A DNA stretch of 64,000 nt. Source: Octopus vulgaris. Taxonomy: Eukaryota. The notes below the pieces were generated by a model. The model was not told where the DNA came from, did no database searches, and saw only the letters and a program-made list of their open reading frames with translations. Below, piece by piece: positions 29,412 through 41,808 of this stretch. The DNA lies in contig OX597820.1 of assembly GCA_951406725.2 (NCBI GenBank), positions 127,472,001-127,536,000 of the forward strand. Reading direction: 5' to 3'. The stretch's first letter is position 1. Every line of letters starts with the position of its first letter. Both the position numbers and the translations under genes were made by a program.

Positions 29412-29561
29412 TCATCATCATCATCATCGTTTAACGTCCGTTCTCCATGCTAGCATGGGTTGGACGGTTCGACCGGGGTTCTGGGAAGCCAGAAGGCTGC
29501 ACCAGGCTCCAGTCTAATCTGGCAATGTTTCTACAGCTGGATGCCCTTCCTAACGCCAACC
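29412..29561 (-). mobile_element. RTE-like 3'-end copy, inverted relative to 28850-29009
   Basis: Reverse complement of the family tail. Confidence 0.82.
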
Positions 29562-29585
29562 ACACATATATATATATATATATAA

Positions 29586-29643
<58 letters not shown>

Positions 29644-29862
29644 ATACATATATATATATATTTACATATATATATATTATGTTTATATAGTTGTTTTGCA
29701 AGAATGTTGATGTGAAATAGTGTGTTGAAATCGTGTGTTGATATTGTTGTATTTAGGAATGGTCATTTTGCCAGTTTAGCCAATAAAAATACCCGTACTA
29801 TATATTTGGTGTTACTTTGCTTCAGCGTTATTTATTTTTTACATTCATCTTAATTTTATTTC

Positions 29863-29907
29863 GGCCAGAGTTCTTTTGTCACACTCCTGTGACCTCATCA
29901 GTGGTCC
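29863..29907 (-). ncRNA. Minimal type I hammerhead, G12 mutated
   Basis: GGACCA-CTGATGA-G-GTCACA-ggag-TGTGAC-AAAAGAAC-TC-TGGCC; GAAA to AAAA fits CpG decay. Confidence 0.55.
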
Positions 29908-30179
29908 TTTGCTTTCTTTTTTCGTATTTGTGTGTCTCTCCTTACTTACAGTCAGCCATTTTGTATTTTGTATTCCTATTGTATGCATCTTCATTTGCGC
30001 ATACGTATACCTATATGTGTGTCTATGTTTAGTTAGTGTGTGGGGAAGTGCCTGTAATATTTCTATCTCCTGTTTATATACGTTCGTGTAATGTATGTTT
30101 GTTTTGGTTTATTTTTATTTAAACAAATCTGCTAAAATATAGATGGGCAAAAATGAAAATGGGTGTGCAGTTACTAGTT

Positions 30180-30304
30180 CCTTACAGCCGTTTCTGCCAA
30201 GAGTCAACAAAATCTTCCAGGTAATCTCCATCACTTCATTGTTATGCAGGGATGAACAGACAAGGCTTGGATAATGGATGTACCCCTGGGCTTCTTCAGA
30301 GGGT
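30180..30304 (-). ncRNA. Type I hammerhead with long stem II
   Basis: CCT-CTGAAGA-AGCCCAGGG...CTCTTGGCA-GAAACGGCT-GTA-AGG; intact core, near-palindromic stem III, short stem I. Confidence 0.62.
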
Positions 30305-30879
30305 CTGAGTAGTTAGTAGGGCTAACACATAAAACTCAGTTAAGAATAGATAAGGTGTGCTTATCTTTTTATAGATAAATAGAATAGAATAAGAATAATA
30401 ACAAAAACAGGAATAGAAGTGAAATACTGCAGTGTACAATAATGTGGGCCTATCGAGGAGAAATAAGCTATAGACTTCACATAAATTATTTAAAAAATCC
30501 ATGGTACTTCATGCAGTGTTGGGTTGGTGAATAAAGTCACTTTCAGGATGAATTTTGGCATGAGGGATAATTTTAGGCAGTAGTTCACATTGTGTTTCCA
30601 TAGAGCTTTTGGGGTGGGTTTGATGGTATGGTCCATGTTACAGGAGTGAAAGTTTTTATGTAAAATTCCAGTTAGTAGGTGTAGCGTTGCAGAGGATATG
30701 GCATAAGCAACTTATAATGAAGCCATCATGGGAAATTTAGTACATGAGTGTATCAATGAGAGACAACTAGGTGAGGCTAAGATGTGATGTTAAGCGTTTG
30801 TTACTTTTTAGCCGGTCAACTAATCTTGAAGCCCCTATGTGTAGTGGGGTGGGGTCATGCTCAGTCCTACAACTCAATT

Positions 30880-31200
30880 GAATCAACCCTAGTACTTATT
30901 TTTCAAGTTTAGTACTTTTTCAATCGGTTTCTTTTGCCGAAGCGCTAAGTTATGAAGTCGTAAACACACCAACACCGATTGGGGGACAAAAACACCCACA
31001 CGCGCGCACGCACGCACGCACACACACTCACACATACGATAGGTTTCTTTCGGTTTCCGTCTAGCACATCTATCCAGAAGGTTTCAGTTGGCCCGATGCT
31101 ATAATAGAAAATAAGGTGCCACGCAGTGGGACTAAACCCAGCACCCGGGACCGACTATGTGGTTGGGAGGCAGACTTTTTACCACATACCCACATTTGCT
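30880..31200 (-). mobile_element. tRNA-derived SINE (5091-5510 family), diverged
   Basis: Family body and head on the minus strand. Confidence 0.72.
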
Positions 31201-31205
31201 CCCAT

Positions 31206-31252
<47 letters not shown>

Positions 31253-31589
31253 CGTGAGAAGACCTATTCAGATATCGTCTGTGCGTGTGTGATGTAAAAT
31301 ATATTTATACCTCAAGTTTATTGTTAGTGAAATGTCATGATGGGTTGTTTTGTTTTCCGCTTCTACTTTTTTCAGGTTTAGATGTGAACTTAATTTTCTG
31401 TCTTTGTTTTGCCGCATTTTGCATATTAATCAGGTAACATTTTCGTTCCGATCTTTAATAGGTAACTAAAATCTAGTTTTCCAACATTTAACAGTGAAGC
31501 CAAGTTTACAAATGCAAGGCAATAAAAATGTAACAAAAATCATTGTGACTTGGAAAAGAATTGACAAAAAGCAGTCGTTTTCTTTCTTT

Positions 31590-32480
31590 TTTTATTTTAT
31601 TGATTGCCATCCCAAATTGCGTGCGTGTGTGTGTGTGTGTGTGGAAAGATGGAAGTGCGATTGTGGAGAGTTGTGCGGTTGTTCTTTGTATTGCTCCTCC
31701 GCCGCCGCCGCCAACGCAGCTTGGCTTTCGTGCGACCAATTAAAAAGCGAGCCTTGTCTTGGTTGACGCACAACGAAGGGGGATAATTCTCATTATAACC
31801 GTACAAAACCCATGTGCTCGACACTGAGTGAACGAGTGAGTGAGAGAGAGAGAGAGAGAGAGAGGAAGGGAGAGAAGAGTTAAAGTAGGTGGTGGTGGGA
31901 GGGGAGTGTGTGCTCGTGTGACCTCCATTAAATAACACACGTAACCAAATGCGTGTGCATGCGTGCGTGCACGCTTGTTAATGTGCGTGCGTGCGTGCGT
32001 TTGCGTGATTTACGCTAGAGCGGGAGTAATAGGATGCGAAGAGCGAAGAGGGAGTAGTTGTAGTGGCAAGAGGAGGAGGAGGAGGAAAGAGTAGTATTTA
32101 CTGTCACTACTATTCGCGCGCGCACCCGCTCACTCATTCATGCTGAGAGTAACAAATACCCCGACGCCTCGACAGATTTTTGACCCTTGTCTTTTGTTCC
32201 AGCCAACTTAGCTGCTTCCAGCTTCCCCACTATTTATGTTTACATTTAATTATTCGTTTTTAATTTTAACTTTCGGATCCGTAATTGAGTTTTTTTCCTT
32301 CTAAAAATTTTGTATAACCTATTCCCGACGTTCACGTTTTCTTTCCATTACACATTTAAAATGTATAGGTTTCTATTCAAAGCTATTAATATTATTAGTA
32401 GTAAAAGCGATTAATGCCGAGAATTTTAAATGAATATCGTTTCTTTTCTTTTTTCCAAACGTCGTGCATTTGGGAGGATA
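31590..32480. promoter_or_regulatory. CpG-retaining, promoter-like unique sequence
   Basis: Abundant CpG, (GCC)n, (GGA)n, (GA)n, (GCGT)n, CCAAT at ~31736, no recognisable TE. Confidence 0.4.
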
Positions 32481-33099
32481 TCATTAATTATGTACAACCT
32501 TGCTTTTAAGATGTCTGGGTGTGAACTAAGGGGAATTTGGCTGCTATTGCTACCGTTTCGAGTGACTCGTTAGCGGTTTTTTTTCTTTATTTATTCGTCA
32601 ACATTAACGTTGTTTAGCTTCAGGTTAGTTCTTCTCGAGCAAAGCTCATGATCAAAGCCGTTCCATCCGCGACCATCTTGTATTTTTGCAAATCTGTGAC
32701 TACATTGTCCAATGTATTCTTCCTTGTTTTTAAGACGGTGGGTGTGACTTGAGAGGCATTTAGCTGTTATTTCTAGTAAGTTAAGCGACCATGTAGAGGC
32801 TCCCTCACTGCTCCAGCCAGTGGTTCTATCTCACATCATTTCTTCACGGCAAAACATTTATTCCACTGTTTCTACTCCTGCCTCATTGGTTTGTCAGTTT
32901 TATTTTGTAGCCAGCGCTGTAGAACAATTGAAACAAGCAGCCCTCGCGTTACGAAATTCTCTCCTTGCGTAAATTGTACGTTACAATCAGTCATAGTATT
33001 AGAATACTGCCTGTAATTCCTCCCTTAGTGAAACTAGTAAATTTTAAAGACATTAAAAACTAAAATCATGATATTATTATTTTTATGATGCTTTGTTAT

Positions 33100-33965
33100 A
33101 TACAAACCGTTCCAGGTCTCACCCAGAGTCCTCAAATAATAAAGTTTGACGTTTTATTATGGATATTATTTATGGTTAGTAATGATACAGTGAATGTAAA
33201 TGAAGTCAGAATCTGAGAACTATGATTCTGTTAAAATTGTTATATCTCAGTTTTAAGAGAATCAGGTATTTTCAAGTTGACGATGTTTTTCTTAGGATGC
33301 AGACAGTTCCCATGAGAATTTCTTTGTTGTTCTGATACCTTGGGGTTTTCTGATATTTGGCCATAGTCTTTGAGAGCATCTTTTGGTATTGTTGCCAAAG
33401 TTCCAATGACTGCAGGTACAGTTGTTGTTCTTAGATGCCACATTTTGAGACTTCTAGTTTAAGGTCCTTATATCTACTTAATTTCTCATATAATTTTACA
33501 GAATTGATGCAGTCTGCTAGGATTTTCATATCTTTGAGCAGACATGCTTTGTCAGCATTATATGTTACCACAATGTCTGGTCTATTGTCCTATATAGCTC
33601 AATCAGTTTGGATACTAAAGTCCCAAAGAATGGTGATAGTCTTTATTTTCTCTTATTTTGGCCGGCTTATTTCCCCACCAATTCTTCTCATACAGCATAT
33701 TAACCAGTGCATATACTGGTCAAACCTATCTTGGTGAATAATGCATTCATTTGAGGTTAGCATAGGGCAACCAGAAATGGAGCAGTCAGTTGTTTCCCTG
33801 GTTCCATCACAGAAGCAGCAGGCAGAGTCTGCACCATTTTCAAGAATGCTTGCTTGGTAGCTTCTGGTGGGCAGGCATTCATCTTGAGTTGCTATAGTGT
33901 GATGGGCCATAATTGTACCCAAATCTGGATCGTTGACCCTTGTTGGGTATTTGCCATGCAATACT
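33100..33965 (-). pseudogene. R4/Dong-like (restriction-like endonuclease) LINE C-terminal fragment
   Basis: MHGKY...IATQD...CCFC...ET..SGC.ML zinc knuckle, ILWDFSIQTD...NRPDIVV endonuclease motif, TTVPAVIGTL; short 3' UTR. Confidence 0.8.
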
Positions 33966-34412
33966 TTACTTTTCTATGTACTTTGTAGCATCGAAACTTC
34001 ATTTGATTTGACTGGTGTTTTTATCTGTTTTACTATCACAGGGTTCATTTAAATGAAATAACACCTGTTATACATTGACCATCATTCAATTAATCATGAC
34101 TCCCCATCTCTCTAAAGACTTCTGTGTACCTTTCAAAGAAATTGTTCTTGTTATAATTATGTGTTTCTTTATATTTATTAATTCTCATTTCATTATTTAT
34201 CCTAATATAATAATTTAATATATATATATTCTTTCTGGGGTCATATTATGTCAAAGTTGACTTTGTCCTTAGTTTTTTGGTAAAGAAGAAAGTAATTGCT
34301 GTTTAACCCTTAAGCCAATAGTCATTGAGCAGATCTATAATTAAAGACATTCCAGCCATGCCCATCTTATCTTTTTAGGTTTATATCTAGGATTACATTA
34401 TCTAATGTCACA

Positions 34413-34817
34413 TTTACTTGTACTTGTGATGACATTCACCCTGGGTGGGTTGAGTTGGCTTCTTCCACCACCCTCGAGGCATCTCGAACCATGGCAGTGG
34501 AAGAAGTATGGTGGGAATATGAATTTCACAAGCGGTCCCCAACAATCCCGCATGTAGAGACATCCTGTTTGCCGCAGATTGTCTGCAGACGCAGGGACAG
34601 AACGACCGAGGAGCCACCGGTTGCCGAAACAGACACTCCGAGGATTTTCACCAGAGCCCCGTCTGCCGGGTTGTGGCCCCAATACCACTCAGTGTCAGAC
34701 CAATCCGCCTTGGGTGGCCCTTCCAGGAACTGAAGTTCCCGACGGCATAGCTCTGACACTACCCGTTGCCAGCGTCCCCACCACTGTGAGGAGGGGATGG
34801 ACTTTGCATCCCCAAAG
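34413..34817 (-). mobile_element. Bipartite non-autonomous RTE derivative (RTE-type 5' UTR joined to a 3' end with (CAAGTA)n tail)
   Basis: 10-bp TSD TAATGTCACA (34403-34412, 34818-34827); GAGCTATGCCGTCGGG...AGGGCCACCCAAGGCGG resembles an RTE 5'-UTR block; GC/CpG rich. Confidence 0.68.
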
Positions 34818-35449
34818 TAATGTCACAGTGTTTGATGTGGTCAGTTTTTAAGATAGTTGTTTTGTGCAACCCCCAAATTAACTTGATTGAAAAAGCCTAT
34901 GACCAAAAGCATTCCAGCTGTGACCATCTTTTTTTTTTTTTTGATAGAACTATGCTATCTAATGTACCTTTCCCTTATAGTTAAGATAATAATGTATGAT
35001 CTAGCTGCTATTTCTAGCAAGTCGAGCAACATTGTAGATCTTCGGTAAGGGCTACACTTCTGGTCCAGAAAGAATTATAAACAGATCACATTTGTTGAAG
35101 TTTATCACCAATACATCAGTGATCAGTTGCATGAAACCTATGGTATCAGCTTTAGATTTGTAAATTTACTGAGTAAATAATTTAAACTCATTCCTTCCTA
35201 TATTGAATACTTTTCAGTTCATCATCACAAAATGTATATTTATTTCACTTGGTTTAACCTAAAACTTTTTTAAAAATCTATTTCAGTGATAATGACTGGT
35301 GTGAAAGAATTTCACGGTGCAATGTTGGCTCAAACTCACAGAATTCACTAGGATCATATGCAGTTTAGAATTTCAAGCCAACACCTTATTGATTACTAGC
35401 CACTTGTGCATGGAAGGTAAGCTCTATTGTGAACATGTCCATTCTGCAT

Positions 35450-36336
35450 ATTTCAGTGTGACAATTTTTAATTTCGTGAATGCACATTGTTTGCTTTTGA
35501 TTTTGTTGACTACACAGTATAGTAGGGTCAGTTGGGCACCATTTGTGAGAAAAACAGCACCATGGTACAATTCATTCTGTCAGAAATTTGAAACAACATA
35601 GTGTACTGCTTGGCATTTGCGCTGGTAGCTGCAATACAAACATTTCAGAGTGTTTGGGTGTCAGTCTGAGGACATGTGCTAAGAGTGATGAACACCAAAT
35701 ATCCAACCAACATCATGGTGTCTGGAGTGATCACTACTGATGGCAACATTATGCCTCCATTCACCTTCCCACAAGGCCTCACACCTAACACAGAGGCCTA
35801 CATCAAGTGCCTGGAAAAGGTTTTGCTGCACTGGGTTAAGAGAGTAGTGGCTGGAAGACCCTGTGTCTGGCAACATGATTCTGCACCATGCCACACAAAT
35901 AGAACCCACTCATGGCTGCCAGACAATTTCTGCTACCACATCACCCCTAACATCTGGCCACCTAACTCCCCAGACTGCAAACCATTTGATTATTATTTGT
36001 GGGGCACAGTTGAGCAACTACAAACTACAAACCCCTTGATTATTATTTGTGGGACACAGTTGAGCAAGGGACCAACAAAACTCCTTGTAACACCAAAGAT
36101 GAACTGATGGCAGCATTCACCAACTTAAATAAGGAAACTGTCCAGAAGAGTTGCAGGAGATTCTGAAATCATCTGGAGGCCATGGCTGAAGCCAATAGAG
36201 ATTTTATTGAATAAATTTACTCTTTAGTACTTCAAGATAGTTTTATGTAATTTTGATAAATATATCTGTTAAAATGAGATGTCTGTGTCATTTTCATTTT
36301 GCGTAATTTAGACAACAGTTTATTCACCACACCCTA
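35450..36336 (+). mobile_element. Internally deleted maT-like Tc1/mariner element
   Basis: IMVSGVI...WQHDSAPCH...WPPNSPDCKPFDYYLWG transposase motifs; right end resembles the reverse complement of the family left end at 37760-37783. Confidence 0.8.
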
Positions 36337-36380
36337 GATACAGAAAGAAATCACCATATTCCTTTCCATATCAGCTAACT

Positions 36381-36464
36381 CTGATGAGCGTGAAGTTATA
36401 TAATCGGATTGTCATCTAACACTCCATTACATTCCTGGTGTGAAACTGATTGGTAAGATCAGTC
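36381..36464 (+). ncRNA. Degenerate type I hammerhead
   Basis: CTGATGA ... GAAACTGAT-tggtaag-ATCAGTC (6-bp stem III, GUC); stems I and II decayed. Confidence 0.5.
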
Positions 36465-36494
36465 ATGATGGATGTATAATACTGTACATTTTGG

Positions 36495-36532
<38 letters not shown>

Positions 36533-36876
36533 CACATGTGTGTGTGTGTGTGTCTGTATGTGTGTACATGTGTGTGTATGACTGAATAATTAAACTGAGA
36601 AATATATACACATATAGTTTGTTTATTCTCTTGTGCATGTGTAAACATAGATGAGTTTATGAGGATCAGGTATAAGTTACAAGGATTAATTTCTAGTCTG
36701 GCAATATTTTGCATTTGTCATTCAAAAGCAGATCAAATCACTTGATATAAAATATTGTAGGCATTAATTAATGACACCGTGATATTATGCCTTAGAAAAA
36801 ATGAATGCAAAATTTAATTTCGAGGCAAAATTAATCATAGATTCAGGTATTACACATAAAGAAACTTTTCAAGGTA

Positions 36877-36908
<32 letters not shown>

Positions 36909-37009
36909 GCACCCATATACCACATGCGCATACACACACATACATATATACACGCACATATGCATAACTATACATAATTATATACATATATATTAATATA
37001 TGTGTATAC

Positions 37010-37782
37010 AGACATCTCATTTTAACAGATATATTTACCAAAGTTGCATAAAAATATCTTGAAATACTAAAGAGTAAATTTATTCAATAAAATCACCATT
37101 GGCTTCAACCACAGCTTCGAGATGACTTTGGAATCTCCTGCAACTCTTCTAGATGGTCACCTTGTTTTAGTTGGTGGATGTTGCCATGATCCTTGCCTTC
37201 AGTTTATCTTTGGTGTTACAAGGAGATTTGTTGGTCTCTTGCTCAACTGTGTCCCACAAATAATAATCAAATGGTTTGCAGTCTGGGGAGTTAGGTGGCC
37301 AGATTTTAGGGGTGATGTGGTCGCAGAAATTGTCTGACTGTTGTCAGACATAGGGTCTTCCAGCTGCTACCCTCTTGATCCAGTGTAATACTACCTGCTA
37401 CAGACACTTGATGTAGGCCTCCGTGTTGATTCCAAGGCTGTGTGGGAAGGTGAATGGAGGCATGATGTTGCCATCACTATTGATCCCTCCAAACCCCATG
37501 ATGTTGACTGGATGTTTCTTTTTTATCACTCTTGGTCCATGTCCTCAGATTAACACCGAAACACTCTGAAATATTCGTACTGGAGCTTCCGGTGCAAATG
37601 CCAAGCAGTACAGCATGTCGTTTCCAAATTTTTAGCAGAGTGAATTGTATCATGATGCTGTTTTTTTCACAGACGGTGCCCAACTGATCCTACTATACTG
37701 TGTAGTCGACAAAATCAAAAACAAGCAATGTGCATGCGTAAAATGAAAAATATATAATGACGACAATTTACCCATCGCTCCT

Positions 37783-37783
<1 letters not shown>
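37010..37783 (-). mobile_element. Second maT-like element, inverted relative to 35450-36336
   Basis: Colinear reverse-complement similarity, including the same apparent internal-deletion junction (CTGAGGACATG). Confidence 0.8.
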
Positions 37784-37815
<32 letters not shown>

Positions 37816-39738
37816 CACATCATCACCATCATTTAATGTTTGTTTTCCATCGATTGGATGGTTTGACCAGAGCTTGCTGGAAGGAGAGCTGCCCCAGGCT
37901 TCAACCTGATTTGTCTAGGTTTCTATGGCTGGATGCCCTTCCTAGTGTCAATCACTTCACAGTGTGCTGGTTGCTTCTTACATAACACTGGCATGGGTGC
38001 CTTTTATGTGCTGCCAGCTCAGGCGCCATTAGATTGCACTGGTACAAGTAGTTTTTATGTGCAAGTGGCAAAGGGCTTTTGCAGGCCAATCTTCTCCAGC
38101 AGGGTGAACACCTCTACTGTGGAGGACGGGTCTTCTCTCTTTATCTTTGTATATATACATGTGTGTGCATGTGTATATACACACGTGTATTTTATGTAGT
38201 CATGTTTAGAAGTTTGTTCCATAATTATACGGTTCCAGATTTGAACCTGCTGCACCACACTCCGGACATTTCTTCTATGACCTTGAGTCACTGTTTCACA
38301 TACGGTGCGACTGTAGAGGTTTTGCACTGTCATGGACTTAACAGCACCACCTTATCCTTGAGTGTTTTCAGAAGAGTTTTATTAATATAAACTATAGGAA
38401 AATGAATCATCATCATCATCATTCAAATGTCCACTTCTCCCCTGCTTGCATTGGTCGGAGGAAGTTTGTTGAAGCAGGTTTTCTACAGCCGGATGCCTTT
38501 CCTGTCACCAACCCACACTTGTTTTCATACAAAGTAATATTTCCTCATGATCAGACATGTTCATTCCTGGAAGACTAGAAACAAATAACCTGACCTGTAT
38601 GATGATAATGCTCATTGAGAACCATCATATGATGTCTGAACAAAGGTAACCCGCAAACACAGAGACACACATCACACATGTAATTTTTATCTCTTCTTTG
38701 GATTCAGAGTCTATCCATTTAGTAGCAGTGCTTTCATGTTTGTACACAAAGTCTTCATTCTCAGTCATAAACACCTGTCCTTTTGTTGTTGTAGCCACAT
38801 TGGTCTTCTTTCGTTTCATCCAGTGCAACATGGCAAGCGTTTGTAATTATAGCAATGATGGCTAACAATTACTTAACAATTTAAGTGTTATAGTGTATTT
38901 TCTGGATTTGCTAACTTTAGAGGGACTTTTAATTAGTGTTAATCCTAAATACATTTTGGTTGCACATTTTGGCTTAAATCAGCAATTTTAAGGGAGTGGG
39001 GAAGTTGATTACATCGGAACCCCAGTGTTTAATTTGTACTTATTTAATCAAACTTGAAAGGATGAAAGGCAAAGTTGACCTCACCAGAATAACCCTAAAT
39101 CCATATTAATGCATATTTATGTGTGTATTTATATGTACATGTGCATGAAGGTGCATGGTTCAGTGGCTGGAGTGTCAGGCTCACAATCATGTGGTAGTGA
39201 GTTTAATTCTCTGACTGGGTTGTGTTGTATTCTTGAGCAAGACTCTCTATTTTTCGTTGCTGCGGTTCACTCATCTGTAGAAATGAGTTATGACGTCACT
39301 GGTGCCAAGCTGTATCGGCCCCTTTTGCCTTTCCCTTGGATAACATTGGTGGTGTGGAGAGGGGAGGATGGTATGCACGTGCATAAAATCTCCTGGTGTA
39401 TGCTTATACAAGTCAGTTGTTAGAGGCGAAACAAAGAAAAGGAGAAATCAGAAAATAACAAGGATGGGGAGGAGGAAGAGAAAATAAAACAGTGGAGAAG
39501 AAGAAAGAGAAGCAGAGAACTGGCGAGAGAAGGGGGGGGAATAGGGGTAGAGAGTGCTACGATGGTTGAAAGTATAAGAATAAGTTCTGGGGTCAATTTC
39601 CTTGTCTAAAAAGCCCTTTAAGGCAGTGCTCCAGCATGGCTGCAATCAAATGACCAACAAGTAAAAGAATATACACATAGGCACAGTTAGGCCAACACAA
39701 GGTTTATATACATACATAATATATATATATACCCATTT

Positions 39739-39770
<32 letters not shown>

Positions 39771-39846
39771 CACTTACATATGAGTATATGTATATAAGTA
39801 TGTGTGTGTGTATATATATGTACATTTGTATGTAGATCTCTTTCTT

Positions 39847-39886
<40 letters not shown>

Positions 39887-39956
39887 GACGCCAGATGCCA
39901 TGATAGATCGTTAGCCACTACACACTTTTTTTTCTCTCCTTGTTTTTTCTATGTTC

Positions 39957-39992
39957 CTTTCTGTGGAAGAGCCTAGGCTCGAAACGTAAAAG
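39957..39992 (+). ncRNA. Degenerate minimal hammerhead
   Basis: CTTT-CTGTGGA-A-GAGC-ctag-GCTC-GAAAC-GTA-AAAG; CUGANGA mutated. Confidence 0.5.
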
Positions 39993-40081
39993 ACTTTTTC
40001 TATTCCTGAGTGTTATACTAATACATCTGTTTGTTTTCTACACCACCTGTCTTCGTCTTTTGTTTTTTTCGTAAACTCTCC

Positions 40082-40127
<46 letters not shown>

Positions 40128-40165
40128 GCACACACACACACAGACATACATGTGCATACATATGC

Positions 40166-40425
40166 ATATAAAATAATTTATATAAATTAAAATTTAACAA
40201 ATGAATAACCACTACGATCGTTTCGTGTCAGCACATCTTAGACATTCTTCAGGTGGTTTCTAAACCTTCTTAGCGAGTTATAAACTATAAACTATATAAA
40301 CTATAGTTTATAACTCGCTAAGAAGGTTTAGAAACCACCTGAAGAATGTCTAAGATGTGCTGACACGAAACGATCGTAGTGGTTATTCATTTGTTAAATT
40401 TTAATTTATATAAATTATTTTATAT
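40166..40425. repeat. Palindrome, 124-bp perfect arms with 12-nt spacer
   Basis: 40166-40289 is the reverse complement of 40302-40425. Confidence 0.95.
40333..40384 (+). ncRNA. Minimal type I hammerhead (mirror copy on minus strand at 40207-40258)
   Basis: AACCAC-CTGAAGA-ATGTC...GACAC-GAAACGATC-GTA-GTGGTT; palindromic stem III ACGATCGT; A.C mismatch at stem II base. Confidence 0.75.
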
Positions 40426-40582
40426 TTTATGTATTGGCTTAAGTCTTTCTTTGTTTGATTTGCATAATAGTGGTTTTGTCTCTAATTTATTATAATATAA
40501 TATTTTATTATAAAATTGGATTCAATCTTAAATCTGATTTTTCCTTGTAAATTTGGAATTATTCCCTAATATTTATTATTAT

Positions 40583-40616
<34 letters not shown>

Positions 40617-40688
40617 AATATGTATGTATATGTATGTATGTATGTATGTATATATATATATATATGTATATATATTAATATATATATG

Positions 40689-40719
<31 letters not shown>

Positions 40720-40781
40720 TTTTATATATGTATATATATATATATGTATATATATTAATATATATGTATATGTATGTATGT

Positions 40782-40816
<35 letters not shown>

Positions 40817-40821
<5 letters not shown>

Positions 40822-41808
40822 CCCTATAATTACCACAATCATTCCTGTTGCCCTTTCCCTTATACAAGACCACCATTACTGCATCTCTCCAGTCCTCAGG
40901 TACAGATTCACTTGTCCATATCTTACCAAACAAAGAGTGAAGTTGCTGTAGAAGTTTCTCACCACCATGCTGTAACAACTCCGCATGTGTGCCATCCATA
41001 CCTGGAGACTTCCCATTATTCATCCTTGAGACAGCCATTGCAACTTCTTTCGACTTTGGTGGTTCTGCGAGTGCTGCCTTCACAGTTAATCCAGGGATGA
41101 GATTGAGAACATCCTCACTAACTACAGACTGCTGATTCAAAAGTTCATCAAAGTGTTCTTTCCACCTTCGCAGAATTCCTTGTGAATCACGAAGAAGTTC
41201 TTTACCATCCCTGCTTCAAAGTGGTGTCATCAGAGAAGACGTTGGTCCATAAACTTCTCGCAAAAGACCATACAACAGCTTTGTGTTATTGGAATCTGAC
41301 GCCATCAGCCCTCTTACTCCACCACGTATCCCTCATCTGAGAGAGCCTTTGCCTCACACGTGATTTTACATCCTTGGGTTCCCTATGCAACACTTCTCTT
41401 TCCTGTGGCTTTGCTGACAAATAGCACGACAAATTTATCAGCCAATAAATCATCTATATGTTCATCATTTTCTTTAAACCAATCTTGAGGCTTTCTTTGT
41501 ATCAATCCCAGAACTTTCTTGCCTATATCATAAACTGACTTTTTAAGGGTCGGCCAATCCTCCCCAATATCTGCAGCATTCATTTCCTCGCGTAAAGCTC
41601 TCTTCACACTATTACACCTAAGACAATCAACATTCAGTCTTTTAGGCTGGGTAATCCCTGCAGCTCGGATTTTATGTTTTGTGACTAATTTCACTTTTGC
41701 ACGTACTAGGCTGTGGTCAGTCCAACACTCAGCTCCATGAAGAACATGAACACACTGCACATCCTGTCTGTCACGCACCCTAACAAGGATGTAATCCAGA
41801 ATATGCCA
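40817..41808 (-). mobile_element. Inverted 5' segment of an RTE-clade LINE (APE end to RT start)
   Basis: WHILDYILVR...ECWTDH...GKSPGMDG...[17 protein letters not shown]. Confidence 0.9.

Noticed and set aside
34455-34851. Overlapping GC-rich ORFs
   Set aside because: Explained by the GC-rich non-autonomous retroelement; no protein motif.
35094-35151. Possible small exon ITFVEVYHQYISDQLHETY
   Set aside because: AG/GT bounded, but no polypyrimidine tract, no recognisable homology and no partner exons.
38625-38831. 68-aa ORF MLHWMKRKK...
   Set aside because: Faint resemblance to hAT transposase N-termini only; no diagnostic motif.
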